The translations under genes were made by a program, and so were the position numbers. This document shows, piece by piece, positions 38,199 through 48,215 of a DNA stretch of 64,000 nt. The stretch's first letter is position 1. Every line of letters starts with the position of its first letter. Below the pieces are notes generated by a model. It saw nothing but the letters and a program-made list of their open reading frames with translations. It made no database searches and was not told where the DNA came from. The stretch is from positions 186,001 to 250,000 of IMG/VR virus record IMGVR_UViG_3300044633_000899. One strand, 5' to 3'.

Positions 38199-39307
38199 AA
38201 TATCCCTTAGCGAGTGGAGTATGGTCTAATGCTCTTAACTGGAATGGTGGTACAGTACCTATTGCTGGTGATGATGTAAGGGCAAATGGTTTTACAGTCA
38301 CAATAGATGTAGATATAAATGTATTACAGATATCTAATAATCAATTATTGCCAGCTGCTGCTAATGGTTCTTTTGTTGTTAGTACAAATAGAACTTTGAC
38401 TTGTGATATTATTGCTGGGGGTGTTACTTGTTTATCATCAACAGTTGGTAATACGGTAAATATTATTGGTAATATATCTCAAGGTTCTTCCTTTGGTGTA
38501 TTTGGAGTATATTTTACTAATGCGGGTTCTATCTTAAATGTAACAGGAAATATTGTTGCACCATCGGGAGGTGGTGGTTCACCATGTAGTTTAAATTCAA
38601 GTGGTAGAGTTAACTTTGTTGGTAATGCAAATGCGGGTCCAGGTACTCCTAGTAATGGTGTTGCTATTAATATAACAGCAAGTGGTATTTTAACATTTAC
38701 TGGAAATGCTACAGGGGGTGGTTCAACGGCTGGTTCTTTTGGGATTTTGTGTGTTGGTAACTCAACGTTAAATGGAACTATAAATGGTGGTACTAACGCC
38801 CTTTCATTTGGTGTTAGGTTAACTGGTGGTGTTCATACCGTAAATTCCGATTGTTTTGGTGGTGGTGTCGCTGGTTCAAATGCTTGTGTCGTATCAACAT
38901 CTACCGCAACATTTAACGGTAATATATTTGGTTCAACATCATCAACATCTTTTGGTTTACAAGTTCTTGACACAGCATCAAATGTTGTAATTTCAACAAT
39001 GACATTCAGTACAAATGGTGGTTCACCAGTTAATGGATTCGTTAAGTTTAAGAACACAGCGCCAACAATTACAGTAAGAAAACAAAATAACACAAATCAA
39101 ACACTTGTTGATCCCTCAACAACTGATATTCCAGTAATTGGTGATGTTAGAGACGGAGTAAGTTATGCAAGTGGGTCATTAACTGGTACTTTGAAAGTAC
39201 CTTCACCTCTAAATGTTGCTCTTGGAGTACCTACTGATAACACAGTAGGCTCTGCGGTTATTACAGTTGGTGATATGGGTACGTTATTAGCGTCATTTCA
39301 AATATAA
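38189..39307 (+). CDS. Gly/Thr/Asn-rich beta-helix adhesin-like protein, copy 1
   Basis: WSNALNWNGGTVP N-terminus and G/N/T-rich repeats. Paralog of 39508. Confidence 0.7.
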   Translation: MALKYPLASGVWSNALNWNGGTVPIAGDDVRANGFTVTIDVDINVLQISNNQLLPAAANGSFVVSTNRTLTCDIIAGGVTCLSSTVGNTVNIIGNISQGSSFGVFGVYFTNAGSILNVTGNIVAPSGGGGSPCSLNSSGRVNFVGNANAGPGTPSNGVAINITASGILTFTGNATGGGSTAGSFGILCVGNSTLNGTINGGTNALSFGVRLTGGVHTVNSDCFGGGVAGSNACVVSTSTATFNGNIFGSTSSTSFGLQVLDTASNVVISTMTFSTNGGSPVNGFVKFKNTAPTITVRKQNNTNQTLVDPSTTDIPVIGDVRDGVSYASGSLTGTLKVPSPLNVALGVPTDNTVGSAVITVGDMGTLLASFQI

Positions 39308-39334
39308 AAATAAAATTAATACATATAAAATAAA

Positions 39335-39517
39335 ATGGAAAGAAAATTTAGTTTTGTAATTAACTGCACGGATGTTGACAATTACGCTTTAGTATGTTCA
39401 AGTTGGAAATTAGATAATGAGGGAAACCGAATTGACCAACAATCTGAAACCAAAACACAAATTAGTCTTGAAGAGACATTTATTGAACAAAAAATATTTA
39501 CAGAAAAATGGCTTTAA
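39335..39517 (+). CDS. 60-aa protein, copy 2
   Basis: MERKFSFVINCTD...QSETKTQISLE, as in copy 1. Confidence 0.75.
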   Translation: MERKFSFVINCTDVDNYALVCSSWKLDNEGNRIDQQSETKTQISLEETFIEQKIFTEKWL

Positions 39518-40692
39518 AATATCCTTTAGCAAATGGTGTATGGTCTAACGCTGCAAATTGGAATGGTGGAACTTTACCAGTTCCTGGTGACGATGTAAGG
39601 GCTAATGGTTTTACCGTTACAATTGACGTTGATATAGATGTTTTACAAATTGCCACCGTCGCATTAGCACCCGCTGTTGCTGGTGGTACATTTACTGTGA
39701 GTACTAATCGTAATATAACAGCCAACATTAATGCTGGAAGTAGTAGTTGTTTAACATCAGCGAGTGGTGTCATTGTAAATGTTATTGGTAACATAAATGC
39801 TGGTAGTGGGAATGTAATACATGGTATAAATTTTACTAATGCGGGTTCTATATTAAATGTAACAGGAAACGTTACCGCTGGTAGTTCTGTAAATAATCAG
39901 TCTGGAATTAATTCATCTGGTACTGTTAACTTTATTGGAAACGCTACAGGTTCTGCTGTTGGTTTTGGTTCTTCAGCAATTAATATAGGTACAAGTGGAA
40001 TATTAAATTTTACAGGAACCGCTACAGGTGGAAATGCTGGTAATACATCTTACGCTATTTTAACTGCTGGTAATGGTACATATAATGGAACTATAACTGG
40101 TGGTGGTGCTGGAGGTTCAGTTGGTGTTAGAATAACTGCTGGTGTTCATACTATTAATTCTGATTGTTTTGGTGGTACTGGTGCCCTTTCACATGGTGTT
40201 CAAATGTTAACATCTACAGCAACATTCAACGGTAATATATTTGCTGGTAGTGTTACTAATTCACAAGCCGTTTTAATATCAACATCTACCGCAACATTTA
40301 ATGGTAATATATTTGGTTCAACATCATCATTATCTTTAGGTCTTAGTGTGTCTGATACCGCATCAAATGTTGTTATTTCAACGATGACACTCAGTACAAA
40401 TGGTGGTTTACCAGTTAATGGATTCGTTAAGTTTAAAAATACAGCACCTACAATTACGGTAAGAAAAGCAAACAATACAAACCAAACACTTGTTGACCCC
40501 TCAACAACTGATATACCAGTAATTGGTGATGTTAGAGATGGTATAGTTTACGCAAGCGGCTCATTAACAGGAACATTAAAAGTTCCACCAGTCAATGCTG
40601 TAAGTGTGGGTGTTCCAAATGATAATACGGTAGGTACTGCGGTTATTGATATAAATGATATGGGAGCATTACTGGCTAGTTATGTTGCGTGA
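39508..40692 (+). CDS. Gly/Thr/Asn-rich beta-helix adhesin-like protein, copy 2
   Basis: Termini nearly identical to 38189, with a divergent and longer centre. Confidence 0.7.
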   Translation: MALKYPLANGVWSNAANWNGGTLPVPGDDVRANGFTVTIDVDIDVLQIATVALAPAVAGGTFTVSTNRNITANINAGSSSCLTSASGVIVNVIGNINAGSGNVIHGINFTNAGSILNVTGNVTAGSSVNNQSGINSSGTVNFIGNATGSAVGFGSSAINIGTSGILNFTGTATGGNAGNTSYAILTAGNGTYNGTITGGGAGGSVGVRITAGVHTINSDCFGGTGALSHGVQMLTSTATFNGNIFAGSVTNSQAVLISTSTATFNGNIFGSTSSLSLGLSVSDTASNVVISTMTLSTNGGLPVNGFVKFKNTAPTITVRKANNTNQTLVDPSTTDIPVIGDVRDGIVYASGSLTGTLKVPPVNAVSVGVPNDNTVGTAVIDINDMGALLASYVA

Positions 40693-41198
40693 TGATGATA
40701 ACGATAACAGGATCAACAGGAATAGGACCATACCAAGTTCAAGTTTGTGATATAACAAACACAACTTGTATTATTGTAACTGGTTCAACAACAATACCCC
40801 CCAGTTTTACATTTGATGTTCCATCACCATTAGATGGTGTGTCGTCATTGTTAGTTAAAATTATTGATTCAAATGGGTGTGAGGTGTTCCAAGTTTATTC
40901 TTGTCCCCCAACACCGACACCAACACCAAGTGTTACCCCCACACCTACCCCAACACCTACAAACTTATGTTATTGTATCACAGTTCAAAACAGTGGTGTT
41001 ACAGATGGTTATTTTGATTATGTTGATTGTAATAGTAATCAACAAACAAATGTTTTAGTTCAAGGTGGTGTAACGTATTATACTTGTGGTGTCAATCCTA
41101 CAAATGAAATAAATGTTATAACAACTGTTGGTGGTTTATGTGATTCAAACCAATCTTGTCCGACACCAACTTGTACACCAACACCATCAACAACTTAA
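40689..41198 (+). CDS. Small Cys- and Pro/Thr-rich virion protein
   Basis: [20 protein letters not shown] and CPTPTCTPTPSTT tracts. Confidence 0.7.
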   Translation: MMMITITGSTGIGPYQVQVCDITNTTCIIVTGSTTIPPSFTFDVPSPLDGVSSLLVKIIDSNGCEVFQVYSCPPTPTPTPSVTPTPTPTPTNLCYCITVQNSGVTDGYFDYVDCNSNQQTNVLVQGGVTYYTCGVNPTNEINVITTVGGLCDSNQSCPTPTCTPTPSTT

Positions 41199-41241
41199 TT
41201 ATTCACAAACAAATATTATTTTTTATATTTTAAAATAAAAA

Positions 41242-42486
41242 ATGTCAACAATATTTGTTCAGATAGCATCGTATAGAGATCCCCAACTTAAAATAACAGT
41301 TGAGGATATGATTAATCAATCAAAACACCCAGAAAATTTACGTATTGGTATTTGTAATCAGTATTCACCAGATGATGAATTTAACATTGACCAATATCAA
41401 GATGACCCAAGGTTTAGAATTGATAATGTTCTTTATACCGAATCAAAAGGTGTTTGTTGGGCTCGTCATATGGTACAACAAAGGTATAGTGGTGAAACGT
41501 ATACGTTACAGATTGATTCACATATGCGTTTTGAGAAAAACTGGGATGAGGAATTAATTAATATGATTGTTGGTTTACAAAACAAAGGTGTTAAAAAACC
41601 ATTGTTAACTGGTTATGTATCATCTTTTGATCCAGATAATGACCCAAAGGGTAGAGTTGTGGATCCGTGGAGAATGGTATTTGATAGATTCACACCAGAG
41701 GGTTGTGTTTTCTTTTTACCAGAAGTTATTCCAAACTGGAAGGAATTAAAAGAACCAATACCCGCAAGATTTTATTCGGCACATTTTTGTTTTACATTAG
41801 GTAAATTTTCAGAGGAAGTTCAACACGATTCGGAATACTACTTTCACGGTGAGGAGATTTCAATTGCGGTTAGAGCGTTTACTTATGGGTATGATTTATA
41901 CCATCCGCATAAAGTTTTGGTTTGGCATGAATATCTCAGATCTAACAGAGTAAAATGTTGGGATGATGATAAGGTGTGGTACAAAAAGAATGACGCGTCA
42001 CACAAAAGAAATAGAGAATTATTTGGTATTGATGGTGAAAAGTTTTCTGGTGATACGTCACAATATTTTGGTACAGAAAGAACTTTAAGTGATTATGAAA
42101 AATACGCGGGAATTTTATTTGAGAAACGTGCGGTACAACAATATACATTAGACAAACAATATCCACCAAATCCATATAATTTCAATAATGATGATGAATG
42201 GAAAAATTCTTTTTTAAGAATATTTAAACATTGTATTGATTTATCTTTTGATCTTGTTAAAGAAACCGATTATGATTTTTGGGTTGTTGCGTTTCATAAT
42301 GAAAAAGACGAAACATTATTTAGACAAGACGCACAAACGGATGAGATTAATAGAATGATGAAAGATAAAGATGGGTATTGTAAAATTTGGAGAGAATTTA
42401 ATGCAACAGAAAAACCTAAATATTGGGTGGTTTGGCCACATAGTACATCAAAAGGTTGGTGCGATAGAATAACAGGAAATTTATGA
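41242..42486 (+). CDS. GT60 (Pfam GlcNAc) polypeptide alpha-GlcNAc transferase-like, with a C-terminal extension
   Basis: TIFVQIASYRD, GVCWARH, YTLQIDSHMRF..NWD, FHGEEI and GYDLYHP..LVWHEY match the Gnt1/OGNT family. Confidence 0.88.
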   Translation: MSTIFVQIASYRDPQLKITVEDMINQSKHPENLRIGICNQYSPDDEFNIDQYQDDPRFRIDNVLYTESKGVCWARHMVQQRYSGETYTLQIDSHMRFEKNWDEELINMIVGLQNKGVKKPLLTGYVSSFDPDNDPKGRVVDPWRMVFDRFTPEGCVFFLPEVIPNWKELKEPIPARFYSAHFCFTLGKFSEEVQHDSEYYFHGEEISIAVRAFTYGYDLYHPHKVLVWHEYLRSNRVKCWDDDKVWYKKNDASHKRNRELFGIDGEKFSGDTSQYFGTERTLSDYEKYAGILFEKRAVQQYTLDKQYPPNPYNFNNDDEWKNSFLRIFKHCIDLSFDLVKETDYDFWVVAFHNEKDETLFRQDAQTDEINRMMKDKDGYCKIWREFNATEKPKYWVVWPHSTSKGWCDRITGNL

Positions 42487-44141
42487 TCACATTAGTAACA
42501 GGTTTATGGGATATAGGTAGAGGTGAGTTATCAGAAGGTTGGTCTCGTTCATACGAACATTACCTTGATAAGTTTTCACAATTATTAAAAGTGGAAAATG
42601 ATATGATAATCTTTGGTGATCACAAATTAAAAGAATTTGTTTTCCAACACAGAGAAGAATATAACACACAATTTATTTTAAGAGAATTATCTTGGTTTAA
42701 AAATAATGAATTTTACGACCCCATCCAAAGAATAAGAACAAACCCTTCTTGGTATAATCAGGTTGGTTGGTTAAAGGATTCCACTCAAGCAAAACTTGAG
42801 ATGTATAACCCGTTGGTTATGTCAAAAATGTTTTTATTAAATGACGCAAAACTTTTGGATAAATTTAATTCTGATCGTTTATTTTGGGTTGACGCGGGAA
42901 TAACAAACACCGTTAACCCAGGATATTTTACACACGATAAAGTTTTAGATAAAATATCATTTGATAAGTTTACATTTGTGTGTTTCCCATATGATGCGAA
43001 TACGGAAGTTCACGGGTTTGATTATAAAAAAATGTGTGAGTTATCTGGTACTAAAACCAAAGTTGTTGCTCGTGGTGGATTTTTTGGTGGTGACAAGGAT
43101 TCAATATCACAGATGAATGTTTTGTATTATAATTTATTGGTTGAAACATTGAACTCTGGGTATATGGGTACTGAAGAATCGTTATTTACAATTCTTTTAT
43201 ATCAACACCCTTCACTTATTGATTATTGTGAAATTGAATCAAATGGGTTGGTGTTTAAATTTTTTGAGGATTTAAAGAATGATAAGGTTGTTTTGAAAAA
43301 TGAAGGGAAGAAGATTGTTCCAAACCATAATGGGGATGTTGGTTTATATGTAATTACATTTAATTCACCAAAACAATTTGAGACATTAATAAAATCAATG
43401 TTGGATTATGATCCGAACTTTATTCATAAAACAAAAAAGTTTTTGCTTGATAACTCAACAGATTTAACTACAACACCAAGATATAGAGAATTATGTGATG
43501 AATATGATTTTATTCATATTAAAAAGAATAACATCGGAATAACGGGTGGAAGAGTTTTTATTGCGGAACATTTTAACGACCAAGAAAACCTATCACATTA
43601 TTATTTTTTTGAGGATGATATGGAATTTTATAGTGGGAAAGATGTTACTTGTAAAAATGGATTTGTGAGAAATATTGATAATTTATTTGATAAGTCAATT
43701 GAGATTATTAAAAAAGAAAACTTTGATTATTTGAAGTTAAACTTCACCGAGTTCTATGGATCACACAACAAACAGTGGTCTTGGTATAATGTAAGTCAGG
43801 AATTTAGGGAAAAACATTGGCCAAATAATCCGAAACTTCCAAAACAAGGTCTTGATCCATATTCTCCAAATCTTGAATTTAAACATATCAAATCACATAA
43901 AGGACTGGCGTATGTTTCTGGTGAAATCTATTTATCCAATTGGCCAATAGTAATGACAAAAGAAGGAAACTATAATTGTTATATTAAAACAAAATTCCAA
44001 CACCCATATGAACAGGTCCTAATGTCACATTGTTATCAAGAAACAATCAAAGGAAATATTAAACCAGGATTACTTCTTGCAACACCAACGGAACACCACC
44101 GATTTGATTTCTATGAAGGTTCATTAAGAAAAGAATATTAA
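42483..44141 (+). CDS. WlaTC/HtrL(YibB)-family glycosyltransferase fused to a GT-A-like domain
   Basis: ITLVTGLWDIGR, FWVDAG, GGFFGG and GTEESLFT in domain 1. VITFNSP, LDNST and YFFEDDM in domain 2. Confidence 0.8.
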   Translation: MITLVTGLWDIGRGELSEGWSRSYEHYLDKFSQLLKVENDMIIFGDHKLKEFVFQHREEYNTQFILRELSWFKNNEFYDPIQRIRTNPSWYNQVGWLKDSTQAKLEMYNPLVMSKMFLLNDAKLLDKFNSDRLFWVDAGITNTVNPGYFTHDKVLDKISFDKFTFVCFPYDANTEVHGFDYKKMCELSGTKTKVVARGGFFGGDKDSISQMNVLYYNLLVETLNSGYMGTEESLFTILLYQHPSLIDYCEIESNGLVFKFFEDLKNDKVVLKNEGKKIVPNHNGDVGLYVITFNSPKQFETLIKSMLDYDPNFIHKTKKFLLDNSTDLTTTPRYRELCDEYDFIHIKKNNIGITGGRVFIAEHFNDQENLSHYYFFEDDMEFYSGKDVTCKNGFVRNIDNLFDKSIEIIKKENFDYLKLNFTEFYGSHNKQWSWYNVSQEFREKHWPNNPKLPKQGLDPYSPNLEFKHIKSHKGLAYVSGEIYLSNWPIVMTKEGNYNCYIKTKFQHPYEQVLMSHCYQETIKGNIKPGLLLATPTEHHRFDFYEGSLRKEY

Positions 44142-44196
44142 ACCGATTTCTTAATTAATTTTTTGAATTAAGAACTATTTATTAATAAAAAAATAA

Positions 44197-44661
44197 ATGG
44201 AGTGGTTCATAAAAAAAGGTGCGACATTACCCTTGTTAAAATTGTCGGTTGTGAAAGACGGTCGCAGCGACTATAATAATTTTATGGATTTTATTGAGGA
44301 ATCGTCAATCTTTTTTTCAATGGTTGACCTTGAAACTGGTATTCCAAAAATTATGACGAAACCAGCGGGGTTTGTTAAGAAAGATCTTATGGATCCAAAC
44401 GCACCAACAGAATATTATATTTATTACCAATTCACATCACAAGATACAAAAAAAACTGGAAGATATGAAGGTCAGTTTTTATTTAGAAATGAAGAAGGTA
44501 CATTAATTCTACCAATTAGAGATCGGTTATTTATTAACATACAAGAAAGTTTTATCGCCGATGATTTACCATATGAGAGTTGTTACGTATCAGAATTTCC
44601 TTGTTGTGTTAAAACACCAATCATTCCAATAACAACAACCACAACAACAATAATCTTTTAA
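44197..44661 (+). CDS. BppU-like baseplate/fibre adaptor Ig-fold protein
   Basis: FIKKGATLPLL..V and YQFTSQDT...G.YEGQF pattern; Thr-tract at the C-terminus. Confidence 0.55.
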   Translation: MEWFIKKGATLPLLKLSVVKDGRSDYNNFMDFIEESSIFFSMVDLETGIPKIMTKPAGFVKKDLMDPNAPTEYYIYYQFTSQDTKKTGRYEGQFLFRNEEGTLILPIRDRLFINIQESFIADDLPYESCYVSEFPCCVKTPIIPITTTTTTIIF

Positions 44662-44675
44662 ATTAAAAATAAATT

Positions 44676-46859
44676 ATGTCAAATTCACCATTACCAATAT
44701 CACTTTTACCAAACGCACAATCAAATGAATTAACACCAACTGACCTTTTGGTTGTTGTTAACTATGATGTACCGTCTGGTACAACAAAAAACATCACGAC
44801 CAATGATTTTAAAACATATATCACATCAGGAATTACTGGATCTTTTACTGGTGGTACTGTAAGTGGGTCAACAGAATTTACAGACGGGTTAACCGCTAAT
44901 ACACTAAATGTTAATGGTGTTAACATTACTGGTGACACTTACGTAACTGGTGGGACTTATGTAACTGGTGGGACAATTATTTTTGATTATAACACGGGTA
45001 GTAATTTTGAAGTTAGTGGTTTAACAGAAGATCTTAATAATACAATCGCTGGACTCGCAGAAGCCGATGAAGAAACAATAGAACTTAATTTAACAACAAA
45101 TAAAATCCAACTAAAAGAAATTGTTGCTGAAGCGACTGGTGGGACAAGAACATTCCAGGGTAATTTCGCAATAAGTGGTGGTACATTGAATTTAGACACA
45201 ATTGGATCTGGGTCACCCATTATTAATTTGGGGTTAGATTCAAGTGGTGAAGTTGTAACAGGAACAACAGGTCAGGCTGTGACAATAACTGGCGGAACAA
45301 ATATTGAAATTGTTGGTTCATATCCAGATTTTGGTGTTAATTTTACTGGTGATACATTTACAGGATTAACCGTTGGTGTGACACAAATAACATCAGGAAC
45401 ATCTGGATCTATATTGTTTGAGGGTAGTGGAAACGTTTTACAAGAAAGTACAAGTTTAGTTTGGGACAATACGAATTCAACATTAGGTATTGGTGCTTCA
45501 CCGTCAAGTGCAACAACGCTTGACGTTAGATCAAAAGATGTTTTAACAACATCAATACCGTTTAGAGTTAGAAATAACGCAAACACAGTGAATTTCTTAA
45601 CCGTTAACAACTATGGTGAAGTATTTAGTAATGGTTTAGTTGGTACAACATCAAATACATTTTTTGGTGAAGGTAATGGTAGAAGTATCACAACTGGAGG
45701 TAGTAACACCTCGTTTGGGTATAATACATTTTTTTCAAATAACACAGGTGCTGGAAATAGTGTTTTTGGGACTAGTAGTTTATTAAATAATCTTAGTGGT
45801 AGCTTCAATTCCGCATTTGGGTCAAACGCATTACAAGTTAACATTATTGGTGATAATAACTCTGCATTTGGTTCAAATGCTTTATTAAATAATACAAACA
45901 GTGATAATTCCGCATTTGGTTTTGACGCATTAAAAAATAATACAACTGGTCAAAAAAATACTGCGGTTGGTCAGGGTAGTTTAGTTGCAAACATTTCAGG
46001 TATTAATAATACCGCCGTGGGTGCTAACTCACTACAAAGTAACACTACAGGTATTGAGAACATTTCAGTTGGTAGAAATAGTTTGTTTTCAAATATAACA
46101 GGTAGTAGTAATACTTCCGTTGGTGTAAGTTCATTAGCACACATTACAATTGGTAGTAATAATATTGCATTAGGTAATGATGCTGGTAGGCGAAAATCAA
46201 ATAGTAGTAATTTAGGTGATACCACAAGTTCAATTTTTATTGGTGTTGATACAAAGGCAAGTGGTGAAAGTCAAACTAACCAAATTGTAATTGGACATAA
46301 TGCCGTCGGGTTAGGTAGTAACACAACAGTTATCGGTAATACATCAACAACATTATTTAGACCATACGGAAATGTTTTGGTTGACGGAGCATTAAGTGTA
46401 ACAACAATCTCAGCAACAACATATCAAAACTTACCAGTTAGTGGTTTAACAGAAGGATCAAACATAAGTTTAACAAACAATAGTGGAAACTATACTGTGG
46501 CCGTTACTGGTATTACAAACCCAATCAATAGTTATTTTAGTGCTGGTAGTGGAACAACAGTAAACTGGGATGTTTCGGGTCAAAGTACCAATTACGAAAT
46601 TACTTTAACTGGTACAACAACATTAAATTTAACAAACGTTAGAAATGGTGATTTCGGAACTATCATAATTAGACAAGACGGTGTTGGTGGAAGGACATTA
46701 ACTTTGGGAACAATAAATGGACCATTAGGAACACATATAGTTGCGAATGGTGGTGGTGGTTCTATAATATTAACATCAAATGCTAGTGCTATTGATGTTC
46801 TAACATTCACATATAATGGTTCAATAATGTTTTGGACAGTTGGAAATGATTACACCTAA
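44676..46859 (+). CDS. Tail fibre with YadA/Hep_Hag-like 14-aa repeats
   Basis: NTAVGANSLQSNTTG-type repeats, a shared ADEETIEL module and a C-terminal IIIRQDGVGGRTL domain. Confidence 0.75.
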   Translation: MSNSPLPISLLPNAQSNELTPTDLLVVVNYDVPSGTTKNITTNDFKTYITSGITGSFTGGTVSGSTEFTDGLTANTLNVNGVNITGDTYVTGGTYVTGGTIIFDYNTGSNFEVSGLTEDLNNTIAGLAEADEETIELNLTTNKIQLKEIVAEATGGTRTFQGNFAISGGTLNLDTIGSGSPIINLGLDSSGEVVTGTTGQAVTITGGTNIEIVGSYPDFGVNFTGDTFTGLTVGVTQITSGTSGSILFEGSGNVLQESTSLVWDNTNSTLGIGASPSSATTLDVRSKDVLTTSIPFRVRNNANTVNFLTVNNYGEVFSNGLVGTTSNTFFGEGNGRSITTGGSNTSFGYNTFFSNNTGAGNSVFGTSSLLNNLSGSFNSAFGSNALQVNIIGDNNSAFGSNALLNNTNSDNSAFGFDALKNNTTGQKNTAVGQGSLVANISGINNTAVGANSLQSNTTGIENISVGRNSLFSNITGSSNTSVGVSSLAHITIGSNNIALGNDAGRRKSNSSNLGDTTSSIFIGVDTKASGESQTNQIVIGHNAVGLGSNTTVIGNTSTTLFRPYGNVLVDGALSVTTISATTYQNLPVSGLTEGSNISLTNNSGNYTVAVTGITNPINSYFSAGSGTTVNWDVSGQSTNYEITLTGTTTLNLTNVRNGDFGTIIIRQDGVGGRTLTLGTINGPLGTHIVANGGGGSIILTSNASAIDVLTFTYNGSIMFWTVGNDYT

Positions 46860-46869
46860 AAACTAAAAT

Positions 46870-48177
46870 ATGAGTAGACAACAATTTACGGCAAGAAATA
46901 ATATTGGTAGTGTGTTAACATTTCAAAAGAGTGGTGCGACCGCGTCTTTTGATCCTTTTGTTTCATTTAGTAGTGGTTCACGACGTGTTTCTTGGAAATT
47001 AGATAATGGTACAAATGTTACTCAAACCGCAGGTAATGGTATTACTTATACTGGATTTACTTCAGATACTGGAATTAGGACAATACAAATGAAAGGTAAT
47101 AGTTTTAGGGATATAAACTTTTTTAGATTAGATAATGATAATTTATATGGTCATTTAGATCTAACCCAATTATCAGAGTTGAGTAATGTTTTTAGGGTGG
47201 ATGGTAATATAAATTTAACCGGTATTACACACGCGCCGTCATCACAAAATTTCTTACAATACCAAGCTAATAATTGTAAACTGACAGGAAATTTAGATTT
47301 AACACCATTATCTGGGTTAGGTGGTAGCTTTCAGGTTTCTAGTAATATAAATTTAACCGGTATTACACACGCGCCGTCATCACAAAATTTCTCACAATAC
47401 ATTGCTAATAATTGTAACCTAACCGGAAATTTAGATTTAACACCATTGTCTGGGTTAGGTGGTGGGTTTTGGTTATATACAAACCCAAAATTAACTGGAA
47501 TAACACACACACAATCATCACAAATTTTTAGTAATTATTACGCACAGTTTTGTAATCTAATAGGAATTTTAGATTTAACACCATTGTCTGGATTAGGTGG
47601 TGATATTAGAATTAATTCTAATACTGGTTTAACCAATGTAAACTTTACTATAAGTACACAAAACATAACAGCGTTAGCCTTGGACGGGTGTGACATAACG
47701 GGAGAAATAGATTTATCACCATTAACAAAATTAGGCGCATCAAGCAGTGGTGTCACATTTAGTTGGGTGAGTTTACATACAAACCCAAACTTAACTAGTG
47801 TTATTTTCCCAAATACCAATCAGTTTTTTAAAAATGGTGTAGGGGGTGCCGAAGTGGTTAGCGTTTTTAGGTTATATGGTTGTAACTTAGATTACGTTGA
47901 CTTTACCCCACTATCAGGTGCAACATTAGTGTCTGGTACAACACAAGGAAGACCAAGAATATCATTACGAGATAACAATATGTTAGCAGCAGATGTTAAC
48001 CATATATTAGTTGATTTCAGTGGAAACACAACATATAACCCAACAGGGTGGTCAAATGTAAATTTAAATATTGGAGGAACAAACGATCCCCCAGACTCAT
48101 TTTCGGGTGGATATGATGGTTTAGCTGCAATAAGTTTTTTAACGGGTTCACCGTATAATTGGATAATAACAACGTAA
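46870..48177 (+). CDS. LRR protein with ~37-aa repeats
   Basis: Repeats of LTGITHAPSSQNF..Y.ANNC.LTGNLDLTPLSGLGG. Confidence 0.75.
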   Translation: MSRQQFTARNNIGSVLTFQKSGATASFDPFVSFSSGSRRVSWKLDNGTNVTQTAGNGITYTGFTSDTGIRTIQMKGNSFRDINFFRLDNDNLYGHLDLTQLSELSNVFRVDGNINLTGITHAPSSQNFLQYQANNCKLTGNLDLTPLSGLGGSFQVSSNINLTGITHAPSSQNFSQYIANNCNLTGNLDLTPLSGLGGGFWLYTNPKLTGITHTQSSQIFSNYYAQFCNLIGILDLTPLSGLGGDIRINSNTGLTNVNFTISTQNITALALDGCDITGEIDLSPLTKLGASSSGVTFSWVSLHTNPNLTSVIFPNTNQFFKNGVGGAEVVSVFRLYGCNLDYVDFTPLSGATLVSGTTQGRPRISLRDNNMLAADVNHILVDFSGNTTYNPTGWSNVNLNIGGTNDPPDSFSGGYDGLAAISFLTGSPYNWIITT

Positions 48178-48183
48178 TAAACA

Positions 48184-48215
48184 TTTGACAATTATTAATT
48201 AATATCGTATGTTTT
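48184..48215 (+). promoter_or_regulatory. Host-type promoter for polB
   Basis: TTGACA (48185-48190), 17-nt spacer, TATGTT. The site also reads TTTG-N20-TATGTTTT, close to the Bacteroidota consensus. Confidence 0.55.

Larger units (their letters stand above)
38016..40692 (+). repeat. Tandem duplication of a two-gene cassette (~1.3 kb unit)
   Basis: Units 38016-39307 and 39335-40692 share gene order and the 10-nt overlap between the two genes. Confidence 0.9.
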
